Source of the DNA: a virus
Taxonomy: Duplodnaviria; Caudoviricetes
Strand: one strand, 5' to 3'
IMG/VR virus record: IMGVR_UViG_3300044606_000228
Location: 1 to 35,248 of that record
DNA length: 35,248 nt
The number at the start of each line of letters is the position of its first letter. The first letter of the stretch is position 1. This document shows positions 1 to 8,127 of this stretch, one piece after another. The translations under genes and the position numbers were made by a program. The notes beneath the pieces were generated by a model. That model saw only the letters and a program-made list of their open reading frames with translations, had not been told where the DNA came from and did not search any database.

Positions 1-215
1 TCTATAATGTTTATTAACCTGTTTGTCCAGGAACCGGAAAGCTTTTTCCCACATACAACCGGCGCAAAACAAATAACCGCCGAACCTGCAACAAATGACT
101 TTCCTCCATTCCACCCGGGTTGACAAGATTTCCGGCCGATTTTACCCCTAATTTAGCGCCAGCTGGGGGGCTTGCAAATATATTCAGGGCTTTATGATCG
201 TGGCACCACAGGGCT

Positions 216-500
216 CTAATGAGGCGGTTTTTTATCCGTTTTGGTTGAATCTGCGTTTTCCTGCGTAAATGACCTCAATAGGTCTATATAAATAAGTTTT
301 TCCTGGTTAATATCCCGGGCCTTAATGGCAAGCTCTCTAAGCTGCTTATCATCAGGTATACGGAGTATCATTGAGTAGTTAATCATCTGCAATGAATCTA
401 ATACCGCTATACGCCTCTCAAGCTCTTTAAGCTGCTGGCTCTTATCCTGACCAGCAGCCAGCCCGGCCATAACAATTAATAAGAAAAAGATTATTTTCAT
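216..500 (-). CDS. Hypothetical protein with signal peptide and coiled coil
   Basis: MKIIFFLLIVMAGLAAG-Q N-terminus; AGAGG SD; last gene of the tail operon. Confidence 0.7.
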   Translation of the reverse strand: MKIIFFLLIVMAGLAAGQDKSQQLKELERRIAVLDSLQMINYSMILRIPDDKQLRELAIKARDINQEKLIYIDLLRSFTQENADSTKTDKKPPH

Positions 501-509
501 TTTTACTCC

Positions 510-1985
510 TTAATTACATGGATTACCGAGTGCATCATTTAAACAGTTGAGCATAGTCCAGATTGAGTCAAGTTCGTCCTGCAAGCCGATTATATTTGAA
601 ACTGTATGAGTATGACTTGATGCAGCGGCTCCCAAGTTACTTCGGGTAGTGGCTGCATCGGAAAAATAACCAGCGCCGGAGACGACAGAAAATTTTACCC
701 CGGTACCGCCGCCGTAAAAATACAGGGCATCGGCACCTTGTGCCCAGCCTAAGGCAATACTCTGCCCGGCAGCAGCTCTTATGTCTGCCTGGCCGGAGAA
801 ATACATTACCCCGCTAAAGAGTGGATTGGAAGCGGAGGGCTTTGTATTCAACTGTGTTTGAATAGCATCAGTCACTCCGTCAAGATATGAAAACTCAGTT
901 GCACTGACTGAAGTATTCCCCTGGTATTGGCTGGCATTTATTGAACCGGTACCAGTATAAGATAATGAAGCCCCCGTACCTATAACCATTGCAGCACTGG
1001 TATTAGTCCCGCTGGTTATTGATGAAAAAGCAGGAGAAAAAGTAAGTGACTCAATTTTATCATATACTGCATCCTTTGTTGCTGCCTCCTGCTTACCATT
1101 CCACGAGCTTGAGTATGCCTCAGCAGGGATTGTTACTGCCCCACCAAAGCTGCCAGTAGAGGCTGACCATATTGCCCCTGTTTCTTCAATTTTGGCCACA
1201 ACAGTTGTACCGTTATATTGGTAAATATCTCCGTTTGTATTTTGCCAATTAAAAGCAACGTTATATCCTGATGCCGGCCGGATATCTATATCGCTGGCGC
1301 CTGACATCCAGCCTGTAAGATTTATATTGCCTATTGTAGCTGAATTAAATGTAACTGCATCAGCTGTACCATCATCAAAAGTAAAATCATCACCGGTAAT
1401 ATCATTACTTCCCAGAACGATATTGCCATTGAAAATACTTGAATGAGTTGAACCCTGGAAAGTTACAATCTGATTGTTCTTACCATCATAAAAAACTGCA
1501 TCGCGGAATTGCGTGGTTCCGTGATTATAGCCTGTCCAGTTAAATGCCAAAGCAGCATTTCCGTTTGTCCACCACTCCTCAAAAATATTATCTCTCATCC
1601 ATATTTTGCTCGCATTATATTCACTTATTTTTGTTGTTATACCAAGACTTTCAATCTTATCATAAACAGCATCCATAGATGCAGGCGAAAAATTACCATT
1701 CCACGCCACTGAATAATTTATATTAGGCAGAGTAATATTCTTTAATACTCTTGCACTCGAAAGAACTTCAATACCCCCTATCTTAAACGCTGCCGCTTCA
1801 AGCGTGTCATCAGTTTTCAAAACATTCTCAGAGTTCCTGTAAAGATTAACATCATAGTCAGTATCCAGGTAAAAACCAAAAGCAATTTTATTAACCCGCA
1901 GCGTATCTTTCAAGATATCATATACCGATATCTGTCCATACATATGCGCGGTCATAATGATGAATAACAAAATTATTTTTTTCAT
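510..1985 (-). CDS. Tail fibre-like protein with N-terminal signal peptide
   Basis: G/S/T-rich; fibre-type motifs YLDGVTDAIQTQLN and SHTHTVSNIIGLQDELD; internal repeat WNG..A..DAVYDKIESL twice. Confidence 0.7.
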   Translation of the reverse strand: MKKIILLFIIMTAHMYGQISVYDILKDTLRVNKIAFGFYLDTDYDVNLYRNSENVLKTDDTLEAAAFKIGGIEVLSSARVLKNITLPNINYSVAWNGNFSPASMDAVYDKIESLGITTKISEYNASKIWMRDNIFEEWWTNGNAALAFNWTGYNHGTTQFRDAVFYDGKNNQIVTFQGSTHSSIFNGNIVLGSNDITGDDFTFDDGTADAVTFNSATIGNINLTGWMSGASDIDIRPASGYNVAFNWQNTNGDIYQYNGTTVVAKIEETGAIWSASTGSFGGAVTIPAEAYSSSWNGKQEAATKDAVYDKIESLTFSPAFSSITSGTNTSAAMVIGTGASLSYTGTGSINASQYQGNTSVSATEFSYLDGVTDAIQTQLNTKPSASNPLFSGVMYFSGQADIRAAAGQSIALGWAQGADALYFYGGGTGVKFSVVSGAGYFSDAATTRSNLGAAASSHTHTVSNIIGLQDELDSIWTMLNCLNDALGNPCN

Positions 1986-1987
1986 AA

Positions 1988-3961
1988 TTAAGCTCCTTTT
2001 ATTTTAAGACGCCATCCGGCAATTTTACAGCTGACCTGGTAACCTGTATAGCTGGCTGATAAAGTAAGCCTGAGCGTTCTGTTTGTGCCATTATTAATCC
2101 ATGACAGGGAAGGCTGATTTAACGAAGGATCTGATATTATCCCGGTTCTTGTAATTGCCTGGGCATCTGTAAATATGCTCCCTGCAACATTGCCGGTATA
2201 AGCTGCATAATTATATACGCCTGCAAGATTATAAGCCCCTGTAGTTATGGTAATATTACAATTGACAATACATCCATCATATTCGTTTGCGTCAACTTTA
2301 ATAATATCATAGGTGACAGAAGAGCTGCTTGTTGTTACAGAGTAATCAACATATCCCGCGTCTCTTGCAGTCAGGTTTGGCAGAGGTTTTCCGTTATAAA
2401 AATTATCGCTGGTTTTTTGCGGCAGGTCATAACCAATATCCCATATATCACTGAAGGAACCGACGATATTGTTATTATCAAAAATAACTGAGCTGCCGAC
2501 GTTCGTATAAAAAACGAGAGGTGAAGTTCCGTTTATTTGGTTATTATGAATTGATATAAGGCTCGGCTGATTTATTCCACCTATATGAATCACGCCATCA
2601 CCCGGGAAGTTTATCCCGGCATCTATAATGGTATTGTCATGTATATTTATAGCATCAGGCGCGTAAATTCCGTCCCAGTTTGTAAATATTAATATATGCG
2701 CCCTGCTGTATGTTACATTGCATTTACGGATTAGATTGTCATGCACTACAAATGTTCCCGCCGATAACGGGACACCATTGCCGAAAGAACCAATGAATAT
2801 AGCACACGCATCAGCTCCTGAGCTGAAATTATTCACCCCGGCAGCCGTACACTCTGCATTATACCAGGCAGCATCATTTTCAATTGTATTGTCTGCAATA
2901 ATCCAGTCTTTGACATGCTTTAGCCACAAGGTATCTACAACAGAAGGGTCATCAGGGTCACTGCCCGCCTCGCTGACAGCATATATTCCGCTATTACCAA
3001 AGCCCTTTACGTGACATCCGGTTACTTTACCTGCAACACCGCCGTGCACATCAATTCCTTTTCTTTTATTATACCAGGCTTTCACACCTGATATTAAAAA
3101 TCCTTCGTTGTCAATAGCCATACCGGCTCTGTGATAGAGAGTTATACCATATCCATTTACAGGCAAGGTCAACCCGTTATATGAATATTCGCCCCCGGTT
3201 ATAATTCCACCTTTCACATTTTCAACTATCAGGCCTGCATAAAGGTTGTTATTCATTTTGCAATTTTCAACGGCAAGGTAATCTGCTTGTTTGACTGTAA
3301 CCCCGCCGAACGGAGCACCGGTGACTTCAACTCCTTCTAAAAAAACATTACGGCAATTTTTAACCAGCAGGCCATTCAGATAATTTACAGAGCCGTTGTT
3401 TGTGGCCGCTATTACAGCATGTTTGATTAAGACATCACGACCGTTTAGCAGTTCTATTGCTGCCTCCTGAATCTCAATATCATTAACTTCAACTACAGCT
3501 GTAGTAATAATCTTAGCTCCCCCTGCAAAATCAATAAAAAGATCTTTATCAGCCAGGTCTATACTGATTTTATTAGCTGTAGTATAAGGCCTGGTAAATA
3601 TTAATGTTCTGCCTGAATCCCTTGCCATCATAAGAGCTGTAGTAATTGCTGCTGTCCAGTCTGTTACTATGCCGGTACCTGTATACATCTCCGGGTATAT
3701 TATATCCCGGTTTATCATCTTCTGAAGATTTTCCAGGCGGATGTTTTTCCAATCCATACGGGTACCTTCTGCCGATATCTGCCCGGCCGGGAGCAGGTAA
3801 TTTTTATCATACCTGGTTAGCGAGTCGGTATCGGTTAGTTTTACGCCCTGTCCGAGCAAGTACGCAGTAGGCAGTAAGCAGCAGGCAAGTAAAACAAAAA
3901 CAAATCCTACCCCCCTGCGGGGTACTCCCTTTGGTGAAGGGAGACTGATTAAATTTTTCAT
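1988..3961 (-). CDS. Right-handed beta-helix tail spike / putative depolymerase with signal peptide
   Basis: Repeating G-I-x-V...N-x-I beta-helix pattern; position in the fibre region. Confidence 0.75.
   Translation of the reverse strand: MKNLISLPSPKGVPRRGVGFVFVLLACCLLPTAYLLGQGVKLTDTDSLTRYDKNYLLPAGQISAEGTRMDWKNIRLENLQKMINRDIIYPEMYTGTGIVTDWTAAITTALMMARDSGRTLIFTRPYTTANKISIDLADKDLFIDFAGGAKIITTAVVEVNDIEIQEAAIELLNGRDVLIKHAVIAATNNGSVNYLNGLLVKNCRNVFLEGVEVTGAPFGGVTVKQADYLAVENCKMNNNLYAGLIVENVKGGIITGGEYSYNGLTLPVNGYGITLYHRAGMAIDNEGFLISGVKAWYNKRKGIDVHGGVAGKVTGCHVKGFGNSGIYAVSEAGSDPDDPSVVDTLWLKHVKDWIIADNTIENDAAWYNAECTAAGVNNFSSGADACAIFIGSFGNGVPLSAGTFVVHDNLIRKCNVTYSRAHILIFTNWDGIYAPDAINIHDNTIIDAGINFPGDGVIHIGGINQPSLISIHNNQINGTSPLVFYTNVGSSVIFDNNNIVGSFSDIWDIGYDLPQKTSDNFYNGKPLPNLTARDAGYVDYSVTTSSSSVTYDIIKVDANEYDGCIVNCNITITTGAYNLAGVYNYAAYTGNVAGSIFTDAQAITRTGIISDPSLNQPSLSWINNGTNRTLRLTLSASYTGYQVSCKIAGWRLKIKGA
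3856..3891. repeat. Heptamer array (GCAGTAG-like), in-frame in the spike signal peptide
   Basis: gcaagtac gcagtag gcagtaa gcagcag gcaagta; encodes LACCLLPTAYLL. Confidence 0.6.
3907..3946 (-). repeat. Family E double-hairpin repeat, in-frame
   Basis: Reverse strand agtctcccttcaccaaagggagtaccccgcaggggggtag; resembles 21236 and 31309; encodes SLPSPKGVPRRGVG. Confidence 0.65.
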
Positions 3962-4902
3962 AAGAGTCCTCCTAATAATGCGTTTCCATCACCGTCAAGT
4001 ATTGGAATATATTGTGTATCTGTTAGAGCTGATGCTCCTTCAAAATCTATCTGCTTAAACCTGTCAAGTCCGCGGAATCTTAATATTACATTTTTATGCG
4101 CCTGGTGAAATGGCAGCTGAGCCATATCTAAGCTCTCTTCATCCAGTTCGCAGTTAAAGTAATTATACGGCCTGTCACTCCGGGGGTATAGCCTGAATGA
4201 TGTATTTCTCAGCTGATATAATTTCTGAACATACTTCAGCATTTCCTTTTCTGCATACCTGCTGTAATCTAATTGTGCAGCATAATAAAAGCCCTTAAGC
4301 TCTCTTGTTATCCGGCCTGTTGTAAATAATTTTTTCGACGGCCCGAATTCAGGTAAATAAGTTTCTGTAAGCTGCTGGCAGAAAGGCAAATCAATGAAGT
4401 AGCTGCCTATCTGTATGCGCGGAGCTCCGGGCAAATCAAGCCTCCCGTTAAGCTTCGCCCTGTTACCTTTCAGCTCATAAACAACCTTTTCAACTTTAAA
4501 CCTGTAGTTATATATAAATGATGCCGGTGATAAAGTAAGGTTAAAGCTTCCCGGGGAGAGCAGTATCTTATATCCTTTATTAGCAGTGATACCGGCGCCG
4601 GTTAATAAATAATTTCCGGTAGTGACAGATATCCTTTTGCCAAGATTTAATAAAGCATTTACACCCTGCAGGCTGTAATCAGCTTTATCAGCATGTAATA
4701 AAGAATCTTTTAATAATAATATATCGCTGCCGGTAAGAGTGAATGAAGCCGGATCAACATCTATTCCCCAGCCGCGTGTAATACTGATATCTGAGGCTGA
4801 ATATGTAAATTCCGCTGCTGAAGTTGTAAGAGTATAAGCCTGTAAAGCCTTTCCTCCCTTATCTCCGTAAGGCTCTGAACCATATAACAATGAACCGTAC
4901 AT
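3958..4902 (-). CDS. Tail protein; C-terminal domain paralogous to 6308..6967
   Basis: Shared IDLP.CQ / KKLF.TG / GFYY.A.LDYS.YA.KEM / AQLPFHQ.HK motifs. Confidence 0.7.
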   Translation of the reverse strand: MYGSLLYGSEPYGDKGGKALQAYTLTTSAAEFTYSASDISITRGWGIDVDPASFTLTGSDILLLKDSLLHADKADYSLQGVNALLNLGKRISVTTGNYLLTGAGITANKGYKILLSPGSFNLTLSPASFIYNYRFKVEKVVYELKGNRAKLNGRLDLPGAPRIQIGSYFIDLPFCQQLTETYLPEFGPSKKLFTTGRITRELKGFYYAAQLDYSRYAEKEMLKYVQKLYQLRNTSFRLYPRSDRPYNYFNCELDEESLDMAQLPFHQAHKNVILRFRGLDRFKQIDFEGASALTDTQYIPILDGDGNALLGGLL

Positions 4903-5723
4903 TAGGCAACCTTTGTTAATTTTAGATAAGAGCCTTGTTTAAGAACTGTTGCGGAACCCGAATAAGTATATTGAGACCATTTAAGTTTCAGCAGCCCGGC
5001 ATTGCTGGTTGTAAGAATTCCTTTAACAGATATATGTTTAAAAGTATCTCGGTAAGTGTCTCTCCATACATAATACCAAACGCCCGCGCTCTCCCATGAA
5101 CCGATTGCGGGAATATCTGCACCGCCCCCGATGGGATAATGATCTCCGCTTATGTCTTCCGTTATGTATCCGGTGAAATTCATATAACCATACAAAGCAG
5201 CACCGGCCGGATATGTCCATCCCATCTTAATGCTATTAGTGTTTGCATTGCCAAATACAAATAATTCAAAAAGATAGACACTATTTTCAGCTACTGTTAA
5301 TTGCAAATGCGTATCGTCCTGAGGTGTTGTGTTATAGACAATATTTTGATTAGCTGTTTTATATGCAATCAAAATTGTTGGCTTTGAATTAAGGGCACTA
5401 TTTATATCATCAAACATTTTTGCCGTGGCTGCCATAAAAACTTCATACTCTTTTCCAGCTTCATTTTTTGTGCTGGGTAAAGTGCCTTCTTGCCCGCGGA
5501 TTATTGTTAAGGTATCGCCGCTTAAAGCAGTCACACGCACAATTTCAATATTACTATCCTCATCAACAGCCATATCTTTCCTTTTCCAGACAATATTATA
5601 TGCCCCGACTGTAGCCGGATCCGGGAAAATAGATCCTTTGCCTGTTGCCAGTACAATTGAAACAGCTGAAGCATCATAGCCGGTACTTACATCTGCCCTT
5701 ACAAAATTTTTTCTTGCATCCAT
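4902..5723 (-). CDS. Tail fibre / baseplate-associated protein
   Basis: N-terminal EIVRVTA..GDTLTI.RGQEGT motif common in phage tail proteins; C-terminal beta-sandwich-like region. Confidence 0.65.
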   Translation of the reverse strand: MDARKNFVRADVSTGYDASAVSIVLATGKGSIFPDPATVGAYNIVWKRKDMAVDEDSNIEIVRVTALSGDTLTIIRGQEGTLPSTKNEAGKEYEVFMAATAKMFDDINSALNSKPTILIAYKTANQNIVYNTTPQDDTHLQLTVAENSVYLFELFVFGNANTNSIKMGWTYPAGAALYGYMNFTGYITEDISGDHYPIGGGADIPAIGSWESAGVWYYVWRDTYRDTFKHISVKGILTTSNAGLLKLKWSQYTYSGSATVLKQGSYLKLTKVA

Positions 5724-5741
5724 AATATCCTTTGATTTTTA

Positions 5742-5769
5742 GTTGGGGCGAAAGATATTTCGCCCTTAC
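5742..5769 (-). repeat. Family A REP-like palindrome
   Basis: gttggggcgaaagatatttcgcccttac; contains the TAA stop of 5766..6173. Confidence 0.9.
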
Positions 5770-6173
5770 TGCAATGTTATTACTCCGTTTGTACCATCAA
5801 AATCTATTGTAAAAGTCTCCCCGGCTCCCAGCGTTATTGATGAGCCATAATCATACCAGCCAATTAACTCATCATTCATTGCCGTATCATTATAAATGAT
5901 AATATACCGGAAAGGCCCTACTGCTCCTGATGCAGTTAGTACCAGGTCAGCCAAAACAAGCTTATACACGCCGCCTGTTTGCGCTGATGATGTTCTTGTT
6001 AAATTGCGGGTTGAGCAGTTTGTATAATCAATCTCAGTAATATCAGTCAGCATTGAATTACCGGCAGAGGGCGACGTATTTGTAAGTGCAATTTTAAGCT
6101 GGTCAGATCCAAGATTATGAACCTTCTCTGCCAGCGCCTCCACGAATGAATTAAACTTATTAAATGTTGCCAT
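5766..6173 (-). CDS. Conserved phage tail-associated protein
   Basis: MATFNKFNSFVEALAEKVHNLGSDQLKIALTN...LIGWYDYGSSITL..GETFTIDF, a recurrent tail-region family. Confidence 0.75.
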   Translation of the reverse strand: MATFNKFNSFVEALAEKVHNLGSDQLKIALTNTSPSAGNSMLTDITEIDYTNCSTRNLTRTSSAQTGGVYKLVLADLVLTASGAVGPFRYIIIYNDTAMNDELIGWYDYGSSITLGAGETFTIDFDGTNGVITLQ

Positions 6174-6188
6174 ATTCTTATGAAAATT

Positions 6189-6226
6189 ACCCCTTGTAAA
6201 GGGGTCAGCCGTAAGGCTGGGGGATT
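6189..6226 (+). repeat. Family D double-hairpin repeat
   Basis: accccttgtaaaggggt-cagccgtaaggctg-ggggatt; close to the 14727 copy. Confidence 0.85.
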
Positions 6227-6242
6227 TAATACCCCGATTAAA

Positions 6243-6280
6243 ACCCTCTCCTTAGCAAGGAGAGGGCAGGGTGAGGTCAC
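6243..6280 (+). repeat. Family C repeat
   Basis: accctctccttagcaaggagagggcagggtgaggtcac; differs from the 29143 copy only in the loop. Confidence 0.9.
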
Positions 6281-6307
6281 AGCCACACCCGCATAATTAA
6301 AAAATAT

Positions 6308-6967
6308 CTACTCCGTTAACGGTACCTGCTCTAATCTCTCCAGCCCCATCAGCTTAATACTTACAAGCTTGTGTCCCTGGTGAAAAGGAAGCTGGGCTAT
6401 TGCCAGGGCTGTCTCAGGATCTAATTCAACCAGGTAACTGATATTCATGTTATCCCTTCTGGGATAGAAGTAAAATTCATTCCTTAATGATGAAAAAACT
6501 TTCTGTAATAATATCATCATTTCTTTACTTGCATAGCTGCTGTAATCAAGTAAAGCACTGTAGTAAAAGCCTCTAAGCTTAGCTGTTTTTTTGCCGGTGT
6601 TGAATAACTTTTTAAGCGGCAGAAAATCCGGAGAGAAAGCTTCCTGCAAACTCTGGCAGTAAGGCAAATCAATTACATAGCTGCTTATAATAAAACCGGT
6701 AGGAAGGGCTGGATTGCCATTGCTCCATGCATCTGTAAATATTCTGCTATTACCTTCTGAATAAGCAGTTAAACGGCCATAAGTAAAATCACCAGTTGCA
6801 TTTTCACAGCGGATTAGCCTGTTAAGCAGATTATTATTAAAAGTAACTCCGCTTACTGTTATACCCAGGCCATCGGCTGATATAGCGGAAACAGAATCCG
6901 TAAATAAAGCATCTTCAATAACAATAATCCGGGGTTTGCCGGTACCATGTAGTACGTTAGTGCTCAT
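6308..6967 (-). CDS. Tail protein (distal-tail-like C-terminal domain)
   Basis: Position after the tape measure and hub-like genes; paralogous domain in 3958..4902. Confidence 0.6.
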   Translation of the reverse strand: MSTNVLHGTGKPRIIVIEDALFTDSVSAISADGLGITVSGVTFNNNLLNRLIRCENATGDFTYGRLTAYSEGNSRIFTDAWSNGNPALPTGFIISSYVIDLPYCQSLQEAFSPDFLPLKKLFNTGKKTAKLRGFYYSALLDYSSYASKEMMILLQKVFSSLRNEFYFYPRRDNMNISYLVELDPETALAIAQLPFHQGHKLVSIKLMGLERLEQVPLTE

Positions 6968-8127
6968 GAGGGGAGTTCCAACAGTTCGAGCTCAATGGTA
7001 CCAGCTTTAATTTTTTTGCCAGCATTTAATACAATATAATCTTTACCGGTACCAAAATTTACCTGGTAAAATAAATCAATGTCAGTCCTGTTAACTGTGC
7101 AAACTCTTTTACGGCACTTGCGAAGCACTGTCTTATAGTCTTCAAACCTGTCTCCGGCATCCCTGTCTGCAAATAAAACGTGTATAAAACTTTTACCAAA
7201 AGAATTTCCATTCCAGGTTAAATCCTGCCTGATATCTAAGTAATTTACTCCCTTTGGAATATTACTCAGGCTTTCATTTATGCCGGTAGTAACTACATAA
7301 TCAAATCCATCCCATTGTGCCAGAGCCCAGCCTTCGTAAAATACCCAGCTTCCGCCGCTTAGCGACCAGTTACCCTGAACATTGGCAAGAATGGCATTAT
7401 ACTTATTAAGGACAAGCTCACTCGTACGGAATTCTTTACTGCTATTATCTTCTTCCTCTACAATGTCATTGCTTATATTAATGCTTGAGCCATTTATGTT
7501 ACTCCCCCTGTTAATAAACTTCAATCTTTTATCAGGGGAGAAATAAATAAAAGCGCCATAATTTTTCTGAAGTTCAAACACAAAATCTTTAACAGTCATT
7601 CCGTTGCTGCGGAGAGAATTATAATCAGTAATATCAAAGGTTTGCATTAAAGTACCAACATATACATCAACGCCGGGGAGGAACGCTTCACCTAATATGG
7701 CAGTAAAAAAATGAGATATATCATAAGTGGCAAGAGCAGGTATTGTGGCTGTTTCGTAATCTTCAAATACTTTGCTCCAGTTAACCACTGTACAAGTAAT
7801 AATATCTCCTGATATTTCATCTCTGTCTACAGATTCGGGATTAACATATCCCCAAAATTCAGGCACACCATCAACAATAAGCTGTATGCCCAGGTAGTAT
7901 AATTCAAGTGTCGTTAAATTAAATAAGTCAAATACAGCTTCGCCGGAATCTTTAAAAGATAAATCAAAATTACTTACCGACATCTTAAACACGCCGCCGA
8001 ATTCAACTCTTTTATCAATTGTTATTTCGTTATCAAGCAAAGCATTACTTATATCATAGACTGTTGACGGTATAAGATGATTACTGGGAGCTTCTTTAGC
8101 TACTGTTGTGAGTTTAACCTCTATCAA
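6964..8127 (-). CDS. Putative tail tip / baseplate hub protein
   Basis: Directly follows the tape measure gene; YGAFIYFSPDKRLKF hub-like segment. Confidence 0.55.
   Translation of the reverse strand: MIEVKLTTVAKEAPSNHLIPSTVYDISNALLDNEITIDKRVEFGGVFKMSVSNFDLSFKDSGEAVFDLFNLTTLELYYLGIQLIVDGVPEFWGYVNPESVDRDEISGDIITCTVVNWSKVFEDYETATIPALATYDISHFFTAILGEAFLPGVDVYVGTLMQTFDITDYNSLRSNGMTVKDFVFELQKNYGAFIYFSPDKRLKFINRGSNINGSSINISNDIVEEEDNSSKEFRTSELVLNKYNAILANVQGNWSLSGGSWVFYEGWALAQWDGFDYVVTTGINESLSNIPKGVNYLDIRQDLTWNGNSFGKSFIHVLFADRDAGDRFEDYKTVLRKCRKRVCTVNRTDIDLFYQVNFGTGKDYIVLNAGKKIKAGTIELELLELPS

Noticed and set aside
510-5723. Diversity-generating retroelement or invertible tail-fibre cassette
   Set aside because: No reverse transcriptase, no TR/VR pair with adenine-specific mismatches, no invertase and no inverted fibre gene seen
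6047-6286. 79-aa ORF in the track
   Set aside because: Made of family C and D repeat sequence and overlaps the real gene out of frame
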